From: a virus
Taxonomy: Duplodnaviria > Caudoviricetes
Direction: 5' to 3' (one strand)
Length of the DNA stretch: 64,000 nucleotides
Virus record (IMG/VR): IMGVR_UViG_3300033463_000073
Location: 1 to 64,000 of that record
The notes beneath the pieces are model-generated. The model was given only the letters and a program-made list of their open reading frames with translations. It was not told where the DNA came from and did not search any database. Position 1 is the stretch's first letter; each line of letters starts with the position of its first letter. Below are positions 26,776 through 35,442 of the stretch, piece by piece. Both the position numbers and the translations under genes were made by a program.

Positions 26776-27189
26776 TTATTTTAGCATTTGGACACCTTTC
26801 CAGCACAGCCAAGCGCAGACGATAATATTCACGACGCACACGCAAATGTAGATAGTGATTTCGTACTCGTGTGAAGCAAACAACGACTTCTCAAGCAGAT
26901 TGATGCCAAGATAAAGGCATGCAAGCTTGTTCCAGACACAAGTCTCTATGGCAACGCTTATGATGCACAGCACTACGAGCATCTGGACGTTGTACTCAAA
27001 ATAAGCGCCTATGAGCCACGAAATCGGCTTGTTGGGTATAACCATATCGTCGTAGTACAGAAAGTCGCTTGTAGCCATTGCAAATACGCTTTCTGAGTAA
27101 GATATGAGTACAAGCGCGCAGATGAAAAAGGGAAGCATCTTCCCTGTGCGGATTAATGCCACCCTTGCTTTAAATAGTATGGAGCTCAT
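26776..27189 (-). CDS. multi-pass membrane protein
   Basis: About four hydrophobic segments. Confidence 0.75.
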   Translation of the reverse strand: MSSILFKARVALIRTGKMLPFFICALVLISYSESVFAMATSDFLYYDDMVIPNKPISWLIGAYFEYNVQMLVVLCIISVAIETCVWNKLACLYLGINLLEKSLFASHEYEITIYICVCVVNIIVCAWLCWKGVQMLK

Positions 27190-27362
27190 TTTCTTCTTAC
27201 TTTTATCTTGAATGTGACGCCAGCATCCCTTGGAAGTTGTGCTTGCATTCTCGGATAGCGCGTAGTGTCAGGCTTCGACACCCTCGTAGCGTCGTTCTTG
27301 TGCTTTAGTTCAACGGATTTCTTAATCCTTATCTTCCCTCTCCTACGCTTTTTCCTTGCCAT
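27186..27362 (-). CDS. small, very basic protein
   Basis: 58 aa MARKKRRRGKIRIKK...; ATGA overlap with the next gene. Confidence 0.5.
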   Translation of the reverse strand: MARKKRRRGKIRIKKSVELKHKNDATRVSKPDTTRYPRMQAQLPRDAGVTFKIKVRRK

Positions 27363-27461
27363 AGATGATGTTCAAAACCTTGGAATACTGTTCTCTCGTA
27401 ATCTCTGCACGTCCGTGCTCTCGTCCTGCGATGTACACGAACCCAATCTTATCCTCATTCA

Positions 27462-27541
27462 TAGTGGAACTGTCTGAGTCGAACAAGACGGACAGGCGAT
27501 ACCGCTCCTACATCCGCACCACCCAATGTGGCCACAGTCCC
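27462..27541 (-). ncRNA. tRNA-like RNA with Ala acceptor identity and no canonical anticodon loop
   Basis: Acceptor GGGACTG/CAGTTCC with G3-U70 and A73, D stem GCCA/TGGT, T loop TTCGACT. Confidence 0.55.
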
Positions 27542-27695
27542 GTAAAGAATAGGCTACCGACTTGTCACAAGCACTCACCTAAAGTAATTTATTCAAAATA
27601 TAAAAATAATGGAAAAAGGCTTACTTAACTTCACAGCCTTTCAGCTTACTGTTATCAATCTAAAACATTACATCATGAAAAACCTGTATTTTGTT

Positions 27696-27766
27696 GTTGC
27701 GGTAGTGGAACCTGCCTCCCACCTCAAGGATATGAACCTCGTATGCGACTGTCACACTGCTACCGC
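27696..27766 (-). tRNA. non-canonical tRNA(CAT), Met/Ile2-like
   Basis: Acceptor GCGGTAG/CTACCGC, anticodon arm CGAGG-TTCATAT-CCTTG, atypical T loop GGCAGG. Confidence 0.55.
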
Positions 27767-27843
27767 GATGTGGAAAAGCCTACTAACTTGTCTCAAGCTC
27801 TCGGCTTAACAATAATCTAATACCATGAAATCTTAGTGACATG

Positions 27844-27851
27844 CAAAGATA
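27844..27851 (-). promoter_or_regulatory. -7 element (TATCTTTG) for the RNA cluster
   Basis: TAnnTTTG directly upstream of a non-coding tract. Confidence 0.7.
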
Positions 27852-27895
27852 CCACAATATTTTGAATATTGCAAGTTTCTTAGCAAGATTTAACG

Positions 27896-28225
27896 TTATT
27901 CTTCGTCTTCGCCGCTTCCTCTGAGCCTTTCGTTTAGCCGCTTAATCTGCTTCTTCATGTTCTTAATCTGATTCGAAAGTGCCTCGTTCTCCTTCTGTGC
28001 TTCGACGAGCGCTTTCACAGTCTCGCCGTTGTCTTTCCATACTACGGACGCTGTCAGGAACTCGCGCATGGTCTCCGCGTCGATGGCTGCGAGCTCTTCA
28101 AGACCGACGTGGTACATGAATCCTTCGAGCAGCGCTGGCAGCGTGTAGTACATGTATTCGTTGTTGCCGACCTTCAGCACATGGCCGTTCGGCACAGGAT
28201 AGACATTAATCTTTGTTCTTTCCAT
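27896..28225 (-). CDS. hypothetical protein with coiled-coil tail
   Basis: 109 aa. Confidence 0.7.
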   Translation of the reverse strand: MERTKINVYPVPNGHVLKVGNNEYMYYTLPALLEGFMYHVGLEELAAIDAETMREFLTASVVWKDNGETVKALVEAQKENEALSNQIKNMKKQIKRLNERLRGSGEDEE

Positions 28226-28230
28226 AGCCC

Positions 28231-28488
28231 TTACTTTTCAATTACTTCGTTTAACTGGTCGATGATGTCGTCGAGGCTATTGACAGCATCGTCAATCCCG
28301 TCGACACACTCCTGCATCGTATCACCGCGCTCTGAGTACTGTATGCCTTCTGGCAGATTGTCAAAAGCCTCCTGCTCTTCGTCGCGGATGTCTTCCAACT
28401 CGCTCTTGATGTCCTCAAGCTTCTCAATGCACTTCTCTATTTTCTGTCTCCTATTCTTATTCATAATCAATGTTTTTTTAATTGTCAA
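28231..28488 (-). CDS. small acidic helical protein
   Basis: MNKNRRQKIEKC...EEQEAFDNLPEGIQYSERG. Confidence 0.75.
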   Translation of the reverse strand: MTIKKTLIMNKNRRQKIEKCIEKLEDIKSELEDIRDEEQEAFDNLPEGIQYSERGDTMQECVDGIDDAVNSLDDIIDQLNEVIEK

Positions 28489-28493
28489 TACTG

Positions 28494-28883
28494 TTAGTCA
28501 ATAAACATATCAAACTCTACCGTCTTGGATGCGATTCCCCACATGACTGGCTTCTTGGAGAACCTGTAGGTGACGTTTCTTGTCTTCTTGTCCTTGTCAG
28601 GATAGATGAAGTACCCTGCGTCTTGGAATGCCTTGAACGCGGCGTCCATCTCGCACGAGTTGATTCTCGTGTATTCGCATCCGACGTTGCGCTCCGAATG
28701 CGAGATGGTCTTGTACCCTCCGTTGACGGTTATGCTCAGATACAGGGCGTTGTCTTTCGCGAAGACGGTCATCGGAAGCGACTTCTCCGTATAGTCGAGC
28801 ATTATGTCGCAGATGCTCTGTACCACAAACTCCCTCACTTCAATTGGCTGAACGTAGTCGTTCTTCTTGATTCTGATGTTCAT
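28494..28883 (-). CDS. hypothetical protein
   Basis: 129 aa. Confidence 0.7.
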   Translation of the reverse strand: MNIRIKKNDYVQPIEVREFVVQSICDIMLDYTEKSLPMTVFAKDNALYLSITVNGGYKTISHSERNVGCEYTRINSCEMDAAFKAFQDAGYFIYPDKDKKTRNVTYRFSKKPVMWGIASKTVEFDMFID

Positions 28884-28886
28884 AAT

Positions 28887-29114
28887 CTACTTGTTGTTTA
28901 AATAATACTTTGCGTACGATTTCTCGCCGTCGTTCACTCTCTCCGTGACGATGTCCATACCGTCGTTTCGAAGCCTGTTAATCGCTGCGGCCAGACGGAA
29001 ACAGCCCCATCTCTGAAGCGCTTCGATTGGTGTAATACTGTTCCCGTTCTCAAGCCATGCCTTAATCTGTGCCTTCTGTGTGGCGCTTCTCTCTGGATTC
29101 CAATTCTCGTTCAT
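28887..29114 (-). CDS. winged-helix DNA-binding protein
   Basis: ITPIEALQRWGCFRLAAAINRLRNDG. Confidence 0.75.
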   Translation of the reverse strand: MNENWNPERSATQKAQIKAWLENGNSITPIEALQRWGCFRLAAAINRLRNDGMDIVTERVNDGEKSYAKYYLNNK

Positions 29115-29126
29115 GATTCGATGTTC

Positions 29127-29423
29127 TTATAAGTTAGACAAATCAATAGTCTCTGTTCTTGTGAACGTAATCTTTCCGTCGTATCCGCGACGCTTCAGCT
29201 CTTCCATCAGCTCTCTCGGCGTGAAGTCCTGAAGTCTGAGGCTGCGTGCGTTGACGGCGTCGACGGCCTGCTGCTTCAGCTTCTTGCGATTCTCGACGCC
29301 CTCCTTGATTTTCTGTGAGTGGCACTCCTTGCATACGCTTGTGACACCCCATGCGTTCTTTACAAACTCGTCTTCAGGCAACTCGCGCCCGCAAATCTTA
29401 CAAACTTTTGTCGTTGTTTCCAT
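29127..29423 (-). CDS. zinc-finger protein
   Basis: CKICGRELP...CKEC; start moved to METTTK. Confidence 0.75.
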   Translation of the reverse strand: METTTKVCKICGRELPEDEFVKNAWGVTSVCKECHSQKIKEGVENRKKLKQQAVDAVNARSLRLQDFTPRELMEELKRRGYDGKITFTRTETIDLSNL

Positions 29424-29489
29424 AATTCTCTTGTTTTTAGTTGTTAATAACTGATTGCCGACCACCCACCCTCGCGTTGATAGTGAACG

Positions 29490-29573
29490 CTACTTCTTGA
29501 ACCCTCGCCCTCCCATCGTGATGAAGATGTCAGGACGAACGATGAACGTAAGAATGATAAGCAATGTAATCAT
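29490..29573 (-). CDS. small hydrophobic peptide
   Basis: 27 aa MITLLIILTFIVRPDIFITMGGRGFKK. Confidence 0.45.
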   Translation of the reverse strand: MITLLIILTFIVRPDIFITMGGRGFKK

Positions 29574-29585
29574 ACGCAGTACTAT

Positions 29586-30389
29586 TTAGTTGTTAGACGA
29601 ATAATTCTCTATGCTCTTCTTGAACTGCTGCATGTGCGCTCGCAGACGCTTCTGGAGCACTGGCGACTTGAAGTCCCACTTCGCGAATATGCTCTCGTCT
29701 ATGTCGTGGTACTTCTTCATGACTTCCACGACTTCTTCCAAGCGCCCGCATCTCAGTCTGATTCCCATCCAGTCCCACTTCTTGAAGTCTTCGTCCTCGC
29801 AGTGGTCTGGAAACACTTCTTTCAACACTTTCAAGAAGCACTGCGATTCTCGCGCTTCAATATATCGCTTATTCTTCAGCTTTCCTTTATCCATATATAT
29901 CTGTTTAAGTTTCTCTTTGTCTGTCCTTGCTCTCGTCTCTTTGTACTTGTCTGACGAAGCACCTAAGCGAGCACCGTTCTTCTTTTTCACAGCCAGTGCG
30001 TCCTTCGTCCTCTTTGAAATCATCTCCCTCTCATACTGCGCAACAGAAGCGAAGACTCCGAGTATCATGGAATTGACAACTGGCATATCCGTAAAATGAA
30101 TGTCGATGCCAGTGTTGATTACTTTGAACGTAAACTCGACGTCTCTTGCCAATCTGTCCAGTTTCGCAATGACAAGGCCGCATCTGTTCGACTTGCAGTA
30201 GTCGATGGCATCCCACAATCCTTTTCTGTCTCTGTGAGTGCCGCTCTCGACGTCCATGAACTCGTGTACTAACACTCCGTTCTTCTGCGCAATGAAGTTC
30301 TCGCACATCGTTCTTTGTGCGGATATTCCAAGACCTTTCGCGCCTTGACGCTGAGTTGAAACTCTTAAATACGTGCAGTAGTTGTTCAT
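29586..30389 (-). CDS. serine recombinase (resolvase/invertase type)
   Basis: YLRVSTQRQG, LVIAKLDRLARD, QYEREMISKRTK. Confidence 0.9.
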   Translation of the reverse strand: MNNYCTYLRVSTQRQGAKGLGISAQRTMCENFIAQKNGVLVHEFMDVESGTHRDRKGLWDAIDYCKSNRCGLVIAKLDRLARDVEFTFKVINTGIDIHFTDMPVVNSMILGVFASVAQYEREMISKRTKDALAVKKKNGARLGASSDKYKETRARTDKEKLKQIYMDKGKLKNKRYIEARESQCFLKVLKEVFPDHCEDEDFKKWDWMGIRLRCGRLEEVVEVMKKYHDIDESIFAKWDFKSPVLQKRLRAHMQQFKKSIENYSSNN

Positions 30390-30416
30390 AACTCATGATG
30401 TTTTAAATTGACTCTG

Positions 30417-30424
30417 CAAAGTTA
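30417..30424 (-). promoter_or_regulatory. -7 element (TAACTTTG) for the recombinase
   Basis: TAnnTTTG. Confidence 0.65.
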
Positions 30425-30467
30425 CTTTAAATATTTAAACCTTGCAAGCTTTTTAACACTTTTAACT

Positions 30468-30647
30468 TTAGTAAACATCAATCACCTTTGCTCCTACATA
30501 CGCATCTGCGGTACGTGCGTGGTAGAACGGCTCGTCGCGCACCTTCTTGATGGCGAGCAGTCTTGCCTGTTCCTCGCTCTCTGCCTCGACATAGATGGTT
30601 TTTGAAAGCGTGATGTCGATAGACACGCTGTACTCTGTTGTCTTCAT
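30468..30647 (-). CDS. hypothetical protein
   Basis: 59 aa, KTIYVEAESEEQA. Confidence 0.6.
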   Translation of the reverse strand: MKTTEYSVSIDITLSKTIYVEAESEEQARLLAIKKVRDEPFYHARTADAYVGAKVIDVY

Positions 30648-30845
30648 AATGTTTGTTGTTTTAATTGTTTTATGGTGTTACTCCTTAATGCTTGTTCTGA
30701 GACAAGCAGTAGTCGTAAAGAAGATGAATGTTGTCAGTCTTGTACTTTCTGACGAATCTCTTGACGATAGCCATGTCAATCGTCACATACCCGTATCGCT
30801 CGTTGAACTCTTCGAGCATTCTGTCATAGTCGTATTTCTTTCTTG

Positions 30846-31028
30846 TCATACTTTCGCATAGTTCGTCAAATCGTTTACAAATGCTGAGTAGAATCCGTCC
30901 TCTGCATGGAACACGGCGCGAGAGAAGAACCGAGTGTACTCACCGACTTTCGATTCCGAAAACCACTTCCATATATCCTCGCACTGGTTGAGCAAAAACG
31001 TCTCTCCTCTGAAAACCATTGTATTCAT
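30846..31028 (-). CDS. hypothetical protein
   Basis: 60 aa. Confidence 0.55.
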   Translation of the reverse strand: MNTMVFRGETFLLNQCEDIWKWFSESKVGEYTRFFSRAVFHAEDGFYSAFVNDLTNYAKV

Positions 31029-31192
31029 AGTTCTGTTATCAGCTACTTTGTTTATTGTTCAATACTCCAAGAGTCTGCCGACCAACCGACAAGACCGTTT
31101 GTATAACCATTCTCTATTTGCTCTGCAACCTCTCTGCAAGCATCTGCTGCGTTGTCGATGTCGCTTACTTCAATTACAATCTGTGCCATACT

Positions 31193-31540
31193 TCACTTCT
31201 TCTTTGGTTCTTTGTAATATACATTCACTTTGTATCCGCTCTTGGCCATCGGCATGATGAGCTGGCGGGCTTCCTTGTAGTAGACGTTGAGCTTGACGCT
31301 TACCACGTCAGTTCCAAGCAGCGTGTGGTCTGATGAGTTCTTGATGACACGCTTCGCATGGTCGATGTCACACAGGAAGTTCCACAGCTGAGCCATCTTC
31401 TGACCATCCTCCTGTCGATAGTGATAGATGAATGCACACAGCGCGTTGGCTGGATGAATCTTTACTGTGAGCACTTTTGTCTCGTCGTGGTTCTTAACTT
31501 TGACTTCTCCGTATGAAATCTGATAGTTTACTCTTAGCAT
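31193..31540 (-). CDS. hypothetical early protein
   Basis: 115 aa, A-rich start. Confidence 0.7.
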   Translation of the reverse strand: MLRVNYQISYGEVKVKNHDETKVLTVKIHPANALCAFIYHYRQEDGQKMAQLWNFLCDIDHAKRVIKNSSDHTLLGTDVVSVKLNVYYKEARQLIMPMAKSGYKVNVYYKEPKKK

Positions 31541-31552
31541 AATTATGATTTT

Positions 31553-31918
31553 TTAAAGTGAATCAAACTCCTGTTCCATGTAGTTGTTGTCCTTGTCCAT
31601 CCAACCATGCGTGAACATGATTGTCATGTTGTAGTCGCACACTTTGTCAGCCTCAATCTTTGCAATCACGAGAGGATAGCCAAGACCTTTGCATTGTTCG
31701 ATGCAGTGTTCCTTAAATCCGCTCTCAGTACCCATCTCTCTAATAGCAATGTAGTAAGGCTCTTTAAGACCAGTCCATGACTTGTCGTGAAGGTCTGACA
31801 ACGAGTGAACCATGTCCGATGTTACTAACCTGTAACCGCACACCGCAGACACACCGAGTGCTGCCTGCATAAGAATCTCGCTGATTTGCGAGAAGTGAAT
31901 TTGATTGTAAGTTCTCAT
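31553..31918 (-). CDS. hypothetical early protein
   Basis: 121 aa. Confidence 0.7.
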   Translation of the reverse strand: MRTYNQIHFSQISEILMQAALGVSAVCGYRLVTSDMVHSLSDLHDKSWTGLKEPYYIAIREMGTESGFKEHCIEQCKGLGYPLVIAKIEADKVCDYNMTIMFTHGWMDKDNNYMEQEFDSL

Positions 31919-31937
31919 AATGATAATGTTTTAATTG

Positions 31938-32840
31938 TTACTCTTCGATTAATTCTTCCTTCTTGAACCCTGCTTCACAAAGTATATACTCTTCGTTCTT
32001 TGAAAGCTCTCCATAGAATCCCCAGCATGAATCAGTCTCTTCCCACTCGGTCTCTTCTGTCTCAGTGTCGTCATGCTCTCCGTCAGGATAGCGCACACTC
32101 TTGATGGTCTTCACGGCTTTCTCTGCCTTGAATCCGTACACCTCGTTGTCTCCCAATGCCTCAAGCTCGTCTATCAGCCACTCAATCTCTCGAAGCGTCT
32201 TGCCTTTCCAATATTTTTCTTCGCAGCCAGAGTACTTCAGGAACTCGTCCTTCTCCAACCAACAGATTCCCTCTGAATCGCAAGTAACTTCCTCGCTGAA
32301 GGAAATTCCGCTATAATAGCCGAATGAGTAAGACATCATCTTGATACCATCAGTCATTGCATTCGCTACAAGGTGGTCGATAGTTTCGGTATTTAGATAT
32401 TCTATGATTGAATCTACATCAATGTCTTCTAACTTGAGAGAGAATGAAGTGTCTTCACCCCAGTGTGCCTCATGTACTACTTTCTGTCCGTCCGTCCATG
32501 CAGGAATCCAAGAACCCACTACCCATTCCTTGTTTGAACGGTCATAGAACAAAGCAGTATCGTGATACTTATGTACGTTGCTCTTGTAGTTGTCCTTGAG
32601 AATTTTGATGATTTTCTTTTTATCACCATACATCTCCAACATATAACAGAGGAAGTTGTATGCACTGCCTGATTTGTTCTCACGCTCCTGTTTTCCCATT
32701 AACGAGCCATCTCTTGACCAGTCCTCGCAGTGCAGTGGCTCGTCGGTGTTGTCGCGAGGGTTCTCTGCATACTCGTCACGATATATCGTCACCCTCTGTT
32801 TTCCGTCTTTTGTGACGTATCTTTTTACATAGTCTTCCAT
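31938..32840 (-). CDS. acidic protein with NPR...CWGFYG motifs
   Basis: 300 aa, D/E-rich C-terminus. Confidence 0.8.
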   Translation of the reverse strand: MEDYVKRYVTKDGKQRVTIYRDEYAENPRDNTDEPLHCEDWSRDGSLMGKQERENKSGSAYNFLCYMLEMYGDKKKIIKILKDNYKSNVHKYHDTALFYDRSNKEWVVGSWIPAWTDGQKVVHEAHWGEDTSFSLKLEDIDVDSIIEYLNTETIDHLVANAMTDGIKMMSYSFGYYSGISFSEEVTCDSEGICWLEKDEFLKYSGCEEKYWKGKTLREIEWLIDELEALGDNEVYGFKAEKAVKTIKSVRYPDGEHDDTETEETEWEETDSCWGFYGELSKNEEYILCEAGFKKEELIEE

Positions 32841-32884
32841 AATATATATGCTTTTATTAATTATTTATATATTAATTATTTTCT

Positions 32885-32980
32885 CTACGCGTACGCGACG
32901 CAAAGGAAAGCCCATGTGAGCACCAAGAAGATGATGCAGCACACGAGCCCTCCGACAAACTCCCAATCAATCTTCCTCAT
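32885..32980 (-). CDS. small membrane peptide
   Basis: 31 aa MRKIDWEFVGGLVCCIIFLVLTWAFLCVAYA. Confidence 0.55.
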   Translation of the reverse strand: MRKIDWEFVGGLVCCIIFLVLTWAFLCVAYA

Positions 32981-32981
32981 A

Positions 32982-33551
32982 TCACTTGAATCTCTTTTCA
33001 TGTTTCTTGTCTATGATTACCCACTTGTCGTAGGTCTTTCCGTCAGCAACATGGCGCATGTTGTAACCGAGCCAGTCCATGATGCGAGGATAGCAGGACA
33101 TACCGACACCGCCCTCGAAGTAGCAGTACGTGTAGTCGCTTTTGTAAATGCCGTAAGGAGCTTTCTTGAAGTTCTTGTTGCGAACTGCATAGCGTAGGTT
33201 CTTGAAGTGGTTCAGGGCTTCTGCAACAACTGTAGAGTGCTTGTCGTAGCCCCATCCGCTTGCGTACCCTGCGTTCTCAATATAGTGCCAGTCACCTTTT
33301 GCATCTTCCCACCGCATAGATGCGCGAGGACACCAGCCCCAAGTGTGTGAACGCTTCCACTCGACCTCAATCTCGATGTAGATTGGAAGTGGCTTGTTGT
33401 GCTTAAACTCTTCAGATGCGTTAGTTCGCTCCAAGTACTTCAGAAGGCCACGCTCGGTCTTGTAGTCGTTGGCACGGCTTGCAATCTCTTTCTTTGTCAG
33501 ATGTGTGAACGTTTTCGCGAACTCGTTCAAACGCTTCTTCGTAAGTTCCAT
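32982..33551 (-). CDS. hypothetical early protein
   Basis: 189 aa; ASGWGYDKHST, FEGGVGMSCY. Confidence 0.8.
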   Translation of the reverse strand: MELTKKRLNEFAKTFTHLTKKEIASRANDYKTERGLLKYLERTNASEEFKHNKPLPIYIEIEVEWKRSHTWGWCPRASMRWEDAKGDWHYIENAGYASGWGYDKHSTVVAEALNHFKNLRYAVRNKNFKKAPYGIYKSDYTYCYFEGGVGMSCYPRIMDWLGYNMRHVADGKTYDKWVIIDKKHEKRFK

Positions 33552-33570
33552 AATGCTAAATGTTTAAAGA

Positions 33571-33849
33571 TTAATACTGAATATCTTTCTCGTACATAAG
33601 AATTTCTTCGTAGTAGTCGTCGCAAGGGTCTGTAATAAAGAAACGTCCGCCTCCTTCGTCTTCGACCTCGAACATTTCTTCTCGTTCTTCTTTTGTGTAA
33701 CCTCCGAAGTGATAGCTTTCTTTTAATATTGTGTCAATTACTTGCTCAAACACTTGTTTTGCAGTCTCTTTGCATGAGCATGGTGTGACGTTAAACAAAA
33801 TCTCTCCGTCGCAGTTGCTCTCTTGTGTTACCAACCAAATCTTTTCCAT
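33571..33849 (-). CDS. small acidic protein
   Basis: 92 aa. Confidence 0.7.
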   Translation of the reverse strand: MEKIWLVTQESNCDGEILFNVTPCSCKETAKQVFEQVIDTILKESYHFGGYTKEEREEMFEVEDEGGGRFFITDPCDDYYEEILMYEKDIQY

Positions 33850-33852
33850 AGT

Positions 33853-34077
33853 TCAATCGTTGTAGTAAAACTTCTTAATACCATAATACGCTCTCAATGT
33901 TTGGCATATTCCGTCGCACTGAGCAAGAGTGACATCATAGTTGTCTCTGATGTAGTCTGTAAAGAACTCGTAGGCGGAAGAGTTTCCCTTTGGTACTCCT
34001 TTCCACTCACCAAGATTCTTTATAATATCTTCACATATACGTCCTGCATTGTGAATTGGTTCTTTTACCCATCCCAT
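33853..34077 (-). CDS. hypothetical protein
   Basis: 74 aa. Confidence 0.65.
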   Translation of the reverse strand: MGWVKEPIHNAGRICEDIIKNLGEWKGVPKGNSSAYEFFTDYIRDNYDVTLAQCDGICQTLRAYYGIKKFYYND

Positions 34078-34079
34078 AG

Positions 34080-34316
34080 TTACCAGTTTCTCTCGTCGTT
34101 TACAATCTCTCCAATCATATTCTCAAGGGTGAGGTAGTACTCAAGTCCCTCGTTTACACAGAGTCCGTCGTGGCGCAACTTGCGCAGCTTGCGGATGGCT
34201 CTCTCGGTCACGTTGAAGCGGCCACGGATTGGCCACAAGTGACTCTCGTCATTCTTACGGAAGTAGGCGTTAATCTGTCTGATGGACATTTCGCTTACGT
34301 TGGATGGCTCATTCAT
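34080..34316 (-). CDS. hypothetical protein
   Basis: 78 aa. Confidence 0.65.
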   Translation of the reverse strand: MNEPSNVSEMSIRQINAYFRKNDESHLWPIRGRFNVTERAIRKLRKLRHDGLCVNEGLEYYLTLENMIGEIVNDERNW

Positions 34317-34327
34317 GACGCTTTAAT

Positions 34328-34594
34328 TTAGAGGTCAATAGCCAGATAATTGCCGCCACGCTGACCTGTGCGTCTGTTGTAGATGTCAACAATACGGGCG
34401 TTCTCGTAGCCAAGACTCCTACAATACCTTGCCAAGTCTTCAGCGTAACTTCTGTTAAAACTTGTGGTGTAGGCCGTACAATGACGCTCACCGCGCTTAA
34501 TCTGTTTCTCGATAACGTCAAGCACTTTTTCCCGTGCTGATTCTGACGGTACGAACTCTTTTGTGTACTGTTTTGCTTCTGATGCTGTAATCAT
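34328..34594 (-). CDS. hypothetical protein
   Basis: 88 aa. Confidence 0.7.
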   Translation of the reverse strand: MITASEAKQYTKEFVPSESAREKVLDVIEKQIKRGERHCTAYTTSFNRSYAEDLARYCRSLGYENARIVDIYNRRTGQRGGNYLAIDL

Positions 34595-34618
34595 AATGCT
34601 AAATGTTTTATGTTAATA

Positions 34619-35137
34619 CTAAAGTTTTTCTATCTTTAAGTAAAACGGTTTAATGCTGCCAGAATGCCATCTTACGTCTGTTATGTTAAACATTGTCTCG
34701 TCGTTAGACATTTCTGTTATTGTTAATTTTGAATACTTGTTTGCTTCTTTGTATTTACTAAGCGTATAATTTATTGTTTTCTTATTTAATTCTATCCCTG
34801 ACAAAGCAAGAAGTGCAAATTGCTTTCCGATATTATAAACATTGTCATAGGTGGGAAGAAAGTGAGGTTCAAAAATATTGCACATCATATCTTCTTCGTA
34901 GCATCCGCTAAATTTGTATTTGCCAGCAACAATGTAATAATCTTCTGTTTTTTTATTTTGAGAGTAATGCGTTTTCTTTAAGTATTTCAATACATGTGTT
35001 ATGTCGCAATGGCCATTTTTGATTGTTGTTGTTGTTTCTTTTGGGTATTCGGACATGAGTTTTTCGTATTCAATACACTTATCTTCGGATTCAAAAAGCC
35101 TTCCGTTAAAAGCCTTGTATGCAATTATTTGTTTCAT
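34619..35137 (-). CDS. hypothetical protein (AT-rich insertion)
   Basis: 172 aa; AYKAFNGRLFESEDKCIEYE. Confidence 0.7.
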   Translation of the reverse strand: MKQIIAYKAFNGRLFESEDKCIEYEKLMSEYPKETTTTIKNGHCDITHVLKYLKKTHYSQNKKTEDYYIVAGKYKFSGCYEEDMMCNIFEPHFLPTYDNVYNIGKQFALLALSGIELNKKTINYTLSKYKEANKYSKLTITEMSNDETMFNITDVRWHSGSIKPFYLKIEKL

Positions 35138-35267
35138 AATTTGTTTTTTAATTAATACTAAAGTTAATTATCTTTGTCGTCGCCTAATGTTTAAAAATTG
35201 CCTGTGGATGATGAGCACCACCACCCACAGGACTTAAAGCATCAATCTAAAACATTAAGCAAACATA

Positions 35268-35337
35268 TTGAAGCGGCGAGGGAATCGAACCCTCAGCCAC
35301 AACCTTTAGAGTTGCTTAGTCGCCATGACCACCGCGC
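35268..35337 (-). tRNA. degenerate tRNA (anticodon TAA, or CTA in slipped register)
   Basis: Canonical T arm GAGGG-TTCGATT-CCCTC, arm GCAAC-TCTAAAG-GTTGT, imperfect acceptor. Confidence 0.5.
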
Positions 35338-35349
35338 GTCGATAGTGAA

Positions 35350-35425
35350 TCAGATTCCGAGCGACACAATCTCGTTGTACATTCTCTCCATTTCAGCATA
35401 CGCAATCTTGTGACAGCTTGCCGAT
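35350..35425 (-). pseudogene. orphan copy of the 3' end of the 601-aa gene
   Basis: Encodes SCHKIAYAEMERMYNEIVSLGI* versus GCHDIAYAEMERMYNEIVEL; 25 nt identical. Confidence 0.7.
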
Positions 35426-35442
35426 GTTATAACCTTTGTACT

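Noticed and set aside
29586-30389. Integrase defining prophage boundaries
   Set aside because: Lacks the size and domains of a large serine integrase; no host genes or att repeats seen
31330-31337. Hammerhead core CTGATGA
   Set aside because: Lies antisense within a coding gene, without the required stems
35200-35270. Theta/HDV-like ribozyme after the tRNA-like genes
   Set aside because: Downstream sequence forms a simple long hairpin; the nested double pseudoknot was not recognisable by eye
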